IMG/VR virus record: IMGVR_UViG_2687453308_000004
DNA length: 64,000 nucleotides
Source of the DNA: an uncultured virus (IMG/VR IMGVR_UViG_2687453308_000004)
Lineage: Duplodnaviria; Heunggongvirae; Uroviricota; Caudoviricetes
Reading direction: 5' to 3' (one strand)
Within the stretch, counting starts at the first letter, position 1, and each line of letters opens with the position of its first letter. The notes under the pieces are model-generated. The model was not told the origin of the DNA. It saw only the letters and a program-made list of their open reading frames with translations, and did no database searches. Position numbers and translations under genes: made by a program. Below, in pieces: positions 30,087-38,713 of this stretch.

Positions 30087-30491
30087 TTATATTTCTTCTA
30101 TTCGTATGATTATTTTGGGCTCAATTCCATAACGCTTTGAGCTAGTTATTTCTGTAATTTGGTTATCGTCTTTCCATACATGGCCATTACAAGCATCTAA
30201 TACCGTTTTAATTAAGTTGTCGATATCCGGCTTAGTCACTTTATACTGCCCAACCATTTCGCTTTTCTTTTTCTTCGACCATGATTTAAGCAATGGAAAG
30301 TAAAAGTCTAATTCGATTTTTAGTGCGCGCTCTAGATTTAACTTAGGCATTTGCCCTTGTATATACGCTTTATGCTTTGTGTAAGACGTTGGCATGTAAG
30401 TTTGAACAAATCTACCTGTATTACGAAAGCGTGGACGAGGCGACCCCATCGGCGCATTAAACACTTCATTAAATTTAATTTCTATCTCCAT
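30087..30491 (-). CDS. rusA: RusA-like Holliday junction resolvase
   Basis: PRPR, KPDIDNLIKTVLDA and DDNQI motifs. Confidence 0.92.
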   Translation of the reverse strand: MEIEIKFNEVFNAPMGSPRPRFRNTGRFVQTYMPTSYTKHKAYIQGQMPKLNLERALKIELDFYFPLLKSWSKKKKSEMVGQYKVTKPDIDNLIKTVLDACNGHVWKDDNQITEITSSKRYGIEPKIIIRIEEI

Positions 30492-30499
30492 GTAATCCC

Positions 30500-30718
30500 T
30501 CATATATATTCAAATAAGCTTGTTTGGTGTCCTAACTCCATTTGTTCATTATCAATAAGTGTATTTAATTCATAATCGTCTAAATACCAACGACGACCAT
30601 TAAATTTTGTTTCTTTTATTCCAACAACTAAATGCCGACCATCTTTAAAATGTGGTGTAACTGAAAACATTTTGTTGCCGTCATGATCAAATAGATAGTA
30701 TTTATCAAATGCATCCAT
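30500..30718 (-). CDS. DUF3269-like protein
   Basis: Follows initiator gene; C-terminal QTSLFEYI. Confidence 0.7.
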   Translation of the reverse strand: MDAFDKYYLFDHDGNKMFSVTPHFKDGRHLVVGIKETKFNGRRWYLDDYELNTLIDNEQMELGHQTSLFEYI

Positions 30719-30724
30719 TTTCAA

Positions 30725-31618
30725 TCACTCCCATTTGCTATTTAGACGCTTAATAAAAGCTTCTCTGTCTTTCTCAAGGTTTTCATCTACTTCCGGCGTT
30801 TTCGTTTCTCTCGTGCTGTCTGTGAGCCATTTGGGTGTTTTTTCTTTTGATTGTTTAACGAAAGGTTTATAATTTTGTTTTTTGCTTTCAAGTTGTTGCT
30901 TTTCAAATGCACGTACTTGTTCAATAGATTTCAAGTTTGCATTAAGCCATGTATTCAAAATGCTTTTAGCATATCCCCAAGTAACTTTGTTTCTGTCTTT
31001 AGCGATTTTAAGTGATGCGGTAACTATTTCATCTGAATCATTTTCAAATGAATCAAGATAATAATTTAAATCGTCTAAATTGTAAGAAGTTATGAAACCG
31101 AATCCGTTATCTTGGAAGAAGTCGAAGGCGGTTGTCTTCTTCTTCTCATTATTCACATTCTTTTCATTATTATCTTTATTATCATTATTGTTTGTGTTGG
31201 TTTGATGTTGTTTTGATGTTGGGTTGATGTTTGACTGATGTTGTTTTGATGTTGGTTTGATGTCGTTTTGATGTTGGTTCCTGCCCTGCTCACTTTGATA
31301 AAAGTCATAATTGACAATGGTTATAAGGGTATATTTTGATGTTGTTTTGACTTCTAACATTCCATCACTCTCGAGTAAGTCAAGGAAGGTTTTCACTTTA
31401 AATCGTGACCAGTTAAAAAGGTCAGACAAGGTCAAAATCGATGTTAATCTTTGTCCTCTTTCTACGGTTACAATTTGGTTTCCAATAGGCACTTTTGCCT
31501 TTGAATGATTCGCTTCCATGAGTAAATATATCCATGCTTCAAACTTTGAAAATGTTCTCTTTTCTTTAAATAGCCAATGATTTTGAATTGAGCGATCAAT
31601 ACTTATCCAACCAGTCAT
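30725..31618 (-). CDS. Replication initiator with N-terminal HTH and DnaD domain
   Basis: GWISIDR..ANH N-terminus; YAKSILNTW DnaD motif; internal iterons. Confidence 0.9.
   Translation of the reverse strand: MTGWISIDRSIQNHWLFKEKRTFSKFEAWIYLLMEANHSKAKVPIGNQIVTVERGQRLTSILTLSDLFNWSRFKVKTFLDLLESDGMLEVKTTSKYTLITIVNYDFYQSEQGRNQHQNDIKPTSKQHQSNINPTSKQHQTNTNNNDNKDNNEKNVNNEKKKTTAFDFFQDNGFGFITSYNLDDLNYYLDSFENDSDEIVTASLKIAKDRNKVTWGYAKSILNTWLNANLKSIEQVRAFEKQQLESKKQNYKPFVKQSKEKTPKWLTDSTRETKTPEVDENLEKDREAFIKRLNSKWE
31140..31280. repeat. Probable phage replication origin: seven iterons at exact 11-bp period plus an AT-rich tract
   Basis: TGATGT begins at 31203, 31214, 31225, 31236, 31247, 31258 and 31269 inside the initiator gene. 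Confidence 0.8.
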
Positions 31619-31647
31619 ATACACACCTCACTTTCAAACCGGTTAAA

Positions 31648-32118
31648 TTAGAATGGTAAATCATTGTCATCTATTTCAATCGGACCATTTGCATTCGCAA
31701 ACGGATTATCTTTTACTGGTTTGTTATTTGAATATTGCGATTGTCCACGTGTTTGTTGTACTTGTTGTTGATATAAATCTTGTTGAGTGTCATTTGAGTT
31801 TTTCGGTTCTAAAAATTGAATACTATCAGCAATAACTTCCGTAACGTATACACGTTGACCTTCCTTATTTTCATAGTTCCGCGTTTGTAACCTACCATCT
31901 ACGCCCGCCAACGATCCTTTAGATAGGTATTTATTAACGTTCTCTGCTTGTTTTTTAAATACGATGATATTAATAAAGTCTGCCTCGCGCTCTCCTTGTG
32001 CATTCGTAAATGTGCGGTTAACTGCTAATGTGAATGATGCTACATTTACACCACTTTGAGTGGTTCTTAATTCTGGGTCTCTAGTTAAACGACCAACTAA
32101 TATTGTTCTGTTTAGCAT
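31648..32118 (-). CDS. ssb: Single-stranded DNA-binding protein
   Basis: [18 protein letters not shown]; acidic DDNDLPF tail. Confidence 0.97.
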   Translation of the reverse strand: MLNRTILVGRLTRDPELRTTQSGVNVASFTLAVNRTFTNAQGEREADFINIIVFKKQAENVNKYLSKGSLAGVDGRLQTRNYENKEGQRVYVTEVIADSIQFLEPKNSNDTQQDLYQQQVQQTRGQSQYSNNKPVKDNPFANANGPIEIDDNDLPF

Positions 32119-32817
32119 TTATAAACCTCCAACATAAACGGGCGCGCCCGTCACTTTTTGTATTTCACTTTTAATGTATTTTGCATTTGAATTTTGACTA
32201 CTTAAATGAATTAAATGTATTTCTTCGAGTCTAGTTAAATCATTTGCTTTCAACATTCCGATAGCATGTTCTAAGCTAAAATGAGACTCCATAATTCTGT
32301 TTGCTAATGCGCTGTGTACACTGCCGTTTTTTATGTTTTCTTGCATTTGTTCATAGATATAATTAACTTCTAACATCATGTGCGTAATGCCGTTAAATTT
32401 GTATTTCAGATACTTCGTATCAGTAACATACAGGACCTTATAACCTAATGTGCTTTGTAATAAGAAAGCCACAGGCTCGTTAGCATCATGTTCAATGTCA
32501 AATGGTAAAATTGACCACGTACCAATTCGTAGCTCTTGCTTTGCCTTAATCGTGCATAAGCGATGACTTTCAAAATCCATAGCTCGTTGTGTTCCAGCAG
32601 TCATATAGCTGATTACACCATTGTCGACAAACTGCTTTGTGTACTTTGCATGATCACCATGTTCGTGTGTGATAAGACACCCTGCTATATGTCTTGTTTT
32701 ATATTTGAAATGCTTTTGAACACGTTCAAATTTTATTCCTGCCTCAAGCAGTAACGTAGTACGTCCATCATTTAAGACGTAGCAGTTACCACTTGAACCA
32801 GTTGCTATTGTTTCAAT
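32119..32817 (-). CDS. MBL-fold metallo-hydrolase (about 232 aa; probable ATT start)
   Basis: Frame is open 71 codons upstream of the tracked ATG and contains TGSSGNCY and THEHGDH. Confidence 0.85.
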   Translation of the reverse strand: METIATGSSGNCYVLNDGRTTLLLEAGIKFERVQKHFKYKTRHIAGCLITHEHGDHAKYTKQFVDNGVISYMTAGTQRAMDFESHRLCTIKAKQELRIGTWSILPFDIEHDANEPVAFLLQSTLGYKVLYVTDTKYLKYKFNGITHMMLEVNYIYEQMQENIKNGSVHSALANRIMESHFSLEHAIGMLKANDLTRLEEIHLIHLSSQNSNAKYIKSEIQKVTGAPVYVGGL

Positions 32818-33737
32818 TAAAATGGCTCTTCTTCGCTTTCTTTTTCTGTTGCAGGTTCTTTTATTTCTTCAAAGTCAGATACATCAATAGGCTTATCATT
32901 TTCTAATTCTGTGTATTGTGCTTCTTCAAGAACTGGTTGTTCAAAGTCCAATTGTTCTTGATTTGCATTTTCTTCAACTTCTGCGTCCAACACTTCTTTG
33001 CGTTGACGTTGTTCGGATTCTTGTGCGTATTTGAAAAGATTGCTATCTGTTGATGTGTTGATATAACGTTTAGCAGCTCTATTGATAACTGTTTTTTTAG
33101 CCATTTCTTCTTTGAAATTATTATGTGTTTTAGAATTTTGTAATGCTTTTTCATCTTTAATCATTGATGACTGCATCCATGCTTGTTTAATTTGTTCAAT
33201 AGTCATGACTTCAATATAGTTATCTCGTCCATCATTAAATACGATTGTGCAGTACGCACCGATAATGTTTTCTTTGTCGATGTTAAAGAAGTCTTGTTCG
33301 TGTTTAATCGCTTTGATACGTCCTGTTTCTCCCATTTCTTGCTTGAATGTATCGCCTTTATAAATCACTTGAGCAACAACATCTTGAGCACCTGCATCAC
33401 GTTTTAACATCATTACATTACCGTGATAGCTACGTTGTAACTGCATTTTGTTGCCGTAAGGAATAAAGTAGCATTGATTTTTAGCTGGATTTAAACCTTG
33501 CGTTACCATGTCTAATAAGGCATTTGCTTTGCTTGTATCGTTACAACTCATTAATTTGTTATCTTGGCTGATTTGTAACCATGCTTGTTTCATGGCATTA
33601 CTTGGTGAATAATCATTTGGCAATTCCAAATTGCCTTGTGACTCTAAAACTCTCACTTTGTTTAATACGTTGTCAGATACGTTCTTTTCTTGTACTAATT
33701 GTTGTTCAATAGTTTGTAATTTATTATTTTCAGTCAT
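32817..33737 (-). CDS. recT: RecT-family single-strand annealing protein
   Basis: GLNP..QCYFIPYG..Q.QRSY.G and EMAKKTVI motifs. Confidence 0.92.
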   Translation of the reverse strand: MTENNKLQTIEQQLVQEKNVSDNVLNKVRVLESQGNLELPNDYSPSNAMKQAWLQISQDNKLMSCNDTSKANALLDMVTQGLNPAKNQCYFIPYGNKMQLQRSYHGNVMMLKRDAGAQDVVAQVIYKGDTFKQEMGETGRIKAIKHEQDFFNIDKENIIGAYCTIVFNDGRDNYIEVMTIEQIKQAWMQSSMIKDEKALQNSKTHNNFKEEMAKKTVINRAAKRYINTSTDSNLFKYAQESEQRQRKEVLDAEVEENANQEQLDFEQPVLEEAQYTELENDKPIDVSDFEEIKEPATEKESEEEPF

Positions 33738-33738
33738 T

Positions 33739-35682
33739 TTATATAGTCTCCATTCTTAATTTTTTATCTTGTTCATTTACTATCAATTGAATTTGTTGTG
33801 ATTCTGTTTTGATAAGCTCTGTTACTGATTCAGCATTATCAATAAATATTGGCGCTGTAACTTTAAAATGTTTTGACAGTGTATTGATGATATCTAAGCC
33901 AACATTAATTCTTGAGGCGTTATTTAAACCGCTGTCGTATTCGACGCCGTTAACCGTTGTGGAACATGTTTCTTCTAATTCGCCGTTAACTAAGGTATTG
34001 AATAACTTAAATTCAGCAATCTCAAATTCATTATTGATATTTTCAGTAAGCATTTTGACTTTTGTTGTTGTAAATTCTTTTAAGATATAAAGGTCATGTG
34101 AATACTTTTCTTTTTCATCCAATAATCTATCTTCTTCATTTCTTAATTCAGAAATAACATCATCTAGATGTTTATTTGATTTTTCGATTGATCTTGACAC
34201 TTCAATTTCTGATTTTTCTTGAGTAAGTTCGCTTATTTTGTCATCTATTCCTGAAACTTTATCTTGAATAGTTTTCCTGATGTTAGAGCGTTTTTGATTA
34301 ATCTCATTTATCTCTAACATTACTGCTTTGTATTCGTCAGTTTGCGTAACGTCAACGTGAGTTATTTTCAACTTATTAATTTTGTTTTGTATTCTTGCTG
34401 AACGCTCTTCTGCTTCGTTGATTTTAATTTGTAAATTATTGTTGTCATCCTCTAATTTCTCGATAATTGGCTTTATTTTCTTGCCCTCTGAAATAATGTG
34501 ATTGATAGATGTTTGTATTGTTTCTAATTCTTTCGATTTGTTTGCATTGAATTTCTGCAATGCTTTTTCTCTTACCTCACTCACTTGTTCAGCTGGTAAC
34601 TGTTGACCACAACAACTACATACATTGTCATCAAGATATTCAAATTTTTGATTTTTAGCTTTTTCTAAATCACTTTTTAATCCTTTATGATTTTCTAATA
34701 ATTGATTACGTCGATTTTCTTCATGTGTAATTTGTTGTTTGTTTTGCTTTAATCTTGTTTTAAGATTCGCAACCGTTCCATTTTCAACGTGTAGCTCATT
34801 TGTTAAAGCATGTATTTTGTTCTCATTACTGGCGCTATTATTAGCTTCTATGCGCTTCAATTCTGATTGTTTATCAGCTAATTGGTTACGCAAATTAATT
34901 TCTTCTGCACCGTTTTGAATATCTATACGCTCATTTTCAAGTTGCTCAATTTCTTGTTTTATGATTGTGTGTCTATCATTATCGAATTCCGGTACATCCT
35001 GCTTATTTTGTTGCGTTTGGTTAATACGTATCGGAATATCTTTGATATCTTTGTTAATCTGTTTTATCTTGTCTGTAAGAATCTTTTTCTTTGTTTCAAT
35101 TTCGTGATCTCCAAGAATATTATTTAGTTCTTTAAAATCATCATTTGTTTTAATGACATCCTCATCATTGATTGGTTTAGCGATTTCAAACAACAAACTT
35201 CTTCGTTTCTTCCAATCTAGTAAGTTAAATGCTTGAGGGTTCGTAATTAACTTGAATACATCTTCATCAATCAGTTCATCAATACGAGCTTTATAATCCT
35301 TTACTTTTATTGATTCATCATTGATATATTGTTTCTTCGTTCGACTTCGTGAGTATTCCTTGCGATTCGTTTTTTGATTTATTGTGTACTTAGGATGTGA
35401 CTCTTTTTTAAAAGTCGTAATTTTTCCGTCGATTTCAAATTCTGCGAAAACAGTCGGAATTAACTCATAATTTTCTTCGTTTTTTTCGTTTAAAGGTACA
35501 GGGTTAAATGATTTGGTTGATCCGTCTAAACCTTTATCGAAAAGCAGCCATTGTAATGCGGTTGCTGTTGTAGTCTTACCCGTTGCATTATTGCCGTATA
35601 TTTTTGCATCTTTGCCGTTAAAGTTAAAGCTTTCTTCTTTGATTCCAGCAAAGTTTGATATAGTTAACTTATTTATTTTCAT
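33739..35682 (-). CDS. SMC/Rad50-like coiled-coil ATPase
   Basis: GNNATGKTT Walker A, CSCCGQ zinc hook, IFIDNAES Walker B. Confidence 0.9.
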   Translation of the reverse strand: MKINKLTISNFAGIKEESFNFNGKDAKIYGNNATGKTTTATALQWLLFDKGLDGSTKSFNPVPLNEKNEENYELIPTVFAEFEIDGKITTFKKESHPKYTINQKTNRKEYSRSRTKKQYINDESIKVKDYKARIDELIDEDVFKLITNPQAFNLLDWKKRRSLLFEIAKPINDEDVIKTNDDFKELNNILGDHEIETKKKILTDKIKQINKDIKDIPIRINQTQQNKQDVPEFDNDRHTIIKQEIEQLENERIDIQNGAEEINLRNQLADKQSELKRIEANNSASNENKIHALTNELHVENGTVANLKTRLKQNKQQITHEENRRNQLLENHKGLKSDLEKAKNQKFEYLDDNVCSCCGQQLPAEQVSEVREKALQKFNANKSKELETIQTSINHIISEGKKIKPIIEKLEDDNNNLQIKINEAEERSARIQNKINKLKITHVDVTQTDEYKAVMLEINEINQKRSNIRKTIQDKVSGIDDKISELTQEKSEIEVSRSIEKSNKHLDDVISELRNEEDRLLDEKEKYSHDLYILKEFTTTKVKMLTENINNEFEIAEFKLFNTLVNGELEETCSTTVNGVEYDSGLNNASRINVGLDIINTLSKHFKVTAPIFIDNAESVTELIKTESQQIQLIVNEQDKKLRMETI

Positions 35683-35690
35683 ATCTTTCC

Positions 35691-35954
35691 TCATGCTCCT
35701 TTTTTAATCTTCCGATGACCTCTTAGCACCTCGATAATTAAATTTTTTATTCGTTCATGGCTGTCTGGATTGATTTCATGTATCTGCACAAGCTTATTGT
35801 TTGTTTTGTAACTGTCGTGATAGTGCAAGAAATTAATCGATAAGTATCCGTGATGATTACGTTCAATTTCCAATAATGCTCGTTGGTTTGACAAAGTATA
35901 TTCGTCGAATAACGTCTTAAAAATATTCAATATATTTCTTTCTGTATCTCTCAT
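35691..35954 (-). CDS. Hypothetical phage protein (87 aa)
   Basis: In operon between DUF1108 and ATPase genes. Confidence 0.7.
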   Translation of the reverse strand: MRDTERNILNIFKTLFDEYTLSNQRALLEIERNHHGYLSINFLHYHDSYKTNNKLVQIHEINPDSHERIKNLIIEVLRGHRKIKKGA

Positions 35955-35962
35955 GCTTATAC

Positions 35963-36223
35963 CTACCATTTCATGACTAAGTTAATTAGTCTGTCCTGTT
36001 CGTCTGTGTTCTCTTCAATCCATTCATCTATTGCTTGGTTGAATAAGTCTGATGCCATATCTAAGTCATTCTCATCTACGACATAAGCATGTTTAATTGG
36101 TACATTGTTCATATCTTTAACTTGTATTGATATGCCCATATGACCTTTTAAAATGAATAGCTTAAAATCGAATCCGTTAACATGAATATTTTTGCGTATG
36201 ATTTCGCCTATTTCGTAATACAT
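35963..36223 (-). CDS. DUF1108-family protein
   Basis: MYYEIG...WIEENTDEQDRLINLVMKW signature. Confidence 0.85.
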   Translation of the reverse strand: MYYEIGEIIRKNIHVNGFDFKLFILKGHMGISIQVKDMNNVPIKHAYVVDENDLDMASDLFNQAIDEWIEENTDEQDRLINLVMKW

Positions 36224-36316
36224 CTTGACTTCCTCCGTTTTTCGTTTTATATTTAACTTGAATTTTATTTCTTAAATGTTTGTTACTGTTACTTGTTGGC
36301 GCAAGTAGCAGTTTTT

Positions 36317-36478
36317 TTATTCTTCATAAAAGTATTCCTTATAGAATATGAATGTTGCGATACTTGCGAATCCTGCAATTGACCATGCTGTAGTGAAGTA
36401 TAGAAACGGCATGAGTACAATCGCTAAGACTGTGAAGCATAATACTGCTAATAGATAGCTTTTATAAATGTTACTCAT
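36317..36478 (-). CDS. DUF1270-family small membrane protein (53 aa)
   Basis: Read by hand: MSNIYKSYLLAVLCFTVLAIVLMPFLYFTTAWSIAGFASIATFIFYKEYFYEE. Confidence 0.85.
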   Translation of the reverse strand: MSNIYKSYLLAVLCFTVLAIVLMPFLYFTTAWSIAGFASIATFIFYKEYFYEE

Positions 36479-36692
36479 TTTCTTTTTTCAACGCCTCCAT
36501 TATTCTCTCGTCTGACAAGCCGTGATAAGGGAATTTTTCTCTAGCTAATTGGACTGGTATTCTGCCTCGAATCGCAATGTAACCTTCGTCTTCAAGCTCT
36601 TTATTCAGTTCTCTTATTATTTGTCCTGCTTTGGATTTAGAAACAGATAAAATTACTGCAAGTTCTTTAGATTGCAAACTATTTTTTATCAT
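36471..36692 (-). CDS. Winged-HTH protein, excisionase-like (73 aa)
   Basis: ELAVILSVSKSKAGQIIRELNKELEDEGYIAIRGRIP pattern; AAGGAGG SD. Confidence 0.65.
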   Translation of the reverse strand: MIKNSLQSKELAVILSVSKSKAGQIIRELNKELEDEGYIAIRGRIPVQLAREKFPYHGLSDERIMEALKKENE

Positions 36693-36762
36693 ATCTATTC
36701 CTCCTTTTTATTTTTGTGTTGTGTATAATTTAGTTATCTCCTAGTGAAAGGAGGTGATAAGT

Positions 36763-36993
36763 ATGGAATTTAATGATTTTCAAAATTTCTTTGGTGAACT
36801 TAGTAATCAAGCCGAAAAAGAATTCGGTGGTGACAGTGACTTTTTTAGAGATAGAATAAATAAGTTGAAAGAAGATGCTCCTGAAAACGTATCTTACGAA
36901 ATTATTTATTCAATAGCTTTATACGAAAGCTTAAAAGCTCAACAAGATATGAAAATTTTGAATACAGTTAAATATCTTTTAGATCGTGACTAG
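36763..36993 (+). CDS. Counter-oriented acidic hypothetical protein (76 aa)
   Basis: TATAAT upstream; AAAGGAGGTG SD before ATG 36763. Confidence 0.75.
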   Translation: MEFNDFQNFFGELSNQAEKEFGGDSDFFRDRINKLKEDAPENVSYEIIYSIALYESLKAQQDMKILNTVKYLLDRD

Positions 36994-37144
36994 CAATATC
37001 CAACAATGATTTGCTCTGAGCATTATTAATTTTTGGATAATCAAAATTTCTAAGTTTAAATCTTGTGTTTTTCTCAATCTTTACAACCTTCCACGTCACA
37101 ACTGCCATTGTGATGAGGAGGGTTGTTTTGTATAGTGCGTTCAT
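36968..37144 (-). CDS. 58-aa hypothetical protein MNALYKTTLLITMAVVTWKV...
   Basis: Read by hand; AAGGAG SD; 3' end overlaps the plus-strand gene. Confidence 0.65.
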   Translation of the reverse strand: MNALYKTTLLITMAVVTWKVVKIEKNTRFKLRNFDYPKINNAQSKSLLDIASHDLKDI

Positions 37145-37199
37145 TTGTTTATGCTCCTTTCATGTATAATGTTGTTATCAACCTAAGGAGGTGATGCTT

Positions 37200-37334
37200 A
37201 TGGCTAAAAGAGGCAAGAAAAACGGTAAGCAATCTACTAGTAGAACTGCTAAACTTGCTAGCAAAGTACTTCGAGATAAACGAAGTGGTAAGAAAGCTAA
37301 AAGTTTGGCTGGTAGCGTGCTTGCTCAATCTTAA
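37200..37334 (+). CDS. Counter-oriented 44-aa highly basic peptide MAKRGKKNGKQSTSRTAKLASKVLRDKRSGKKAKSLAGSVLAQS
   Basis: TATAAT at 37165-37170; AAGGAGGTG SD; stop overlaps the convergent gene's stop. Confidence 0.75.
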   Translation: MAKRGKKNGKQSTSRTAKLASKVLRDKRSGKKAKSLAGSVLAQS

Positions 37335-37534
37335 TCAACCGCTCTTAAACTCTTGTATTTCATTTTCAAGATATAATCAGGGTTTATAATCAGTTGGTTT
37401 TTGTTACCTTGTGCATTTGTGTAGGTCGCAACTACATAAGTGCCGGGTAACTCCATTTCATTACATTCCATTTCACGAAGAGTACAATTTTTTATTCTTG
37501 TATCATCGATTAAATCTACATACTCAAATTCCAT
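37331..37534 (-). CDS. Hypothetical protein (67 aa)
   Basis: AGGAGG SD directly after ant. Confidence 0.7.
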   Translation of the reverse strand: MEFEYVDLIDDTRIKNCTLREMECNEMELPGTYVVATYTNAQGNKNQLIINPDYILKMKYKSLRAVD

Positions 37535-37549
37535 TTGTAGTTCCTCCTG

Positions 37550-38338
37550 TTAAGCAGTTACGTTAGCTTCATAACCGAATTCAGTCATAATTTCATGTAT
37601 TTTCAATCTGCCTTTTTGTGTCCATCTAGTTTGTAAAACTGTGTCTTCTCTACCGTCAGAGCGTACAATTGCTATAGTGTCTGATTCTGTGTAACTCTTG
37701 CCCATGTGTTCTGAGTAAAGCACCCACTGTTTATTTACTTTTCGTTGTAGTCTAGCTTCGTGTAGTAGTTTGTTTAACTTTTGTGCTGATATACCGTAGT
37801 CTGCCGCGATTTGAGTTGTGGCTAATGTGCCAGTTGACTTTAAGATTTCATCTACATAGTCTGCTTTGGGTTTTAGTTCTCCGATTTCTTGTTGTAAAAG
37901 TAAGTTTTGCTCTTTTTCTTTCTTATACTCAGTCAACACTGTAATGATGTAGTCTGGATCTTTTAATGTTTGTTCAATTACATTGTCTGTTGCGTATATA
38001 CCGTGTTTTCGAATAGCTGGTAGGACATCTGATGTTACCCATCGTTTGAATTTCCGAGCGGTTTCTCTAATGTTTTCGTTTTTACTTTGTTTAGAAGCAT
38101 CGAAGATTAAACTGTATAATCCTGATTCGTTGATAATGATCATATTTCTGTTTTGACCTGATGCACTAAATTGGTGCGTCAGCTTGTCCTCGCTATCAAC
38201 ATGATTTCTGATGGCATTGTCTGCCCTTGCATATCCTAAAATTTCAGCAATATCTTTTCCTACAAAATAAGGTTCGTTTTCAATTTCCACTGTTCTTACT
38301 GGTAGCTCTTTAAAATTAAATGTTTGTAATGCTTGCAT
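37550..38338 (-). CDS. ant: Antirepressor, BRO-N + KilA-C/ANT
   Basis: EPYFVGKD, INESGLYSLI, FKRWVTSDVLP and TQKGR motifs. Confidence 0.93.
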   Translation of the reverse strand: MQALQTFNFKELPVRTVEIENEPYFVGKDIAEILGYARADNAIRNHVDSEDKLTHQFSASGQNRNMIIINESGLYSLIFDASKQSKNENIRETARKFKRWVTSDVLPAIRKHGIYATDNVIEQTLKDPDYIITVLTEYKKEKEQNLLLQQEIGELKPKADYVDEILKSTGTLATTQIAADYGISAQKLNKLLHEARLQRKVNKQWVLYSEHMGKSYTESDTIAIVRSDGREDTVLQTRWTQKGRLKIHEIMTEFGYEANVTA

Positions 38339-38353
38339 TGTTCGTTCCTCCTT

Positions 38354-38572
38354 TTAAGATGTTTGTTTGCGTTTCGTGTACTTTGTGGGTAAAAAAATAT
38401 CTCCAATATTTTCGTCAAAAAAATCAGCGATAATAAACATCTCATCATTCTTAAATTGATGCTTTCCTAATTCCTTTAAACGATAACCTTCAGTTGATAT
38501 ATTCAAGAGGTTTGCTAAATCTTCTTGAGTACACTTTCTTTCTTTTCTCAACTTTATTAAATTCCATTGCAT
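38354..38572 (-). CDS. cro: Cro repressor, phi11-like (72 aa)
   Basis: XRE HTH, divergent from cI. Confidence 0.92.
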   Translation of the reverse strand: MQWNLIKLRKERKCTQEDLANLLNISTEGYRLKELGKHQFKNDEMFIIADFFDENIGDIFLPTKYTKRKQTS

Positions 38573-38602
38573 GTTGTCACCTCCCGCTTACAAAACTAAC
38601 TA

Positions 38603-38650
38603 TACACGATACGTGTACTTGAGTCAACATAAAAGTTTGCTTTTCGTGTA
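38603..38650. promoter_or_regulatory. cI-cro operators (15-bp sites)
   Basis: Palindrome TACACGATACGTGTA (38603-38617) and TTTGCTTTTCGTGTA (38636-38650) between the divergent genes. Confidence 0.8.
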
Positions 38651-38713
38651 TTTTTTTGTTGAATACCAAAAATAATTGGGTTATACTATAGGTAAATTTA
38701 AGGAGGTAAGAAA

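Noticed and set aside
31200..31280. 11-bp tandem repeats as a novel element
   Set aside because: Explained as iterons within the initiator gene, a standard phage origin layout; listed as a feature
32563..32820. RecT-MBL fusion by programmed frameshift, or MBL pseudogene
   Set aside because: No X XXY YYZ slippery heptamer at the junction and all MBL motifs are intact; coupled ATT start is simpler
1179..35707. Many plus-strand ORFs in the track opposite structural and replication genes (e.g. 3365-3823, 14254-14742, 14764-15432, 16507-16959)
   Set aside because: Antisense shadows of well-supported minus-strand genes, with no SD or recognisable motifs
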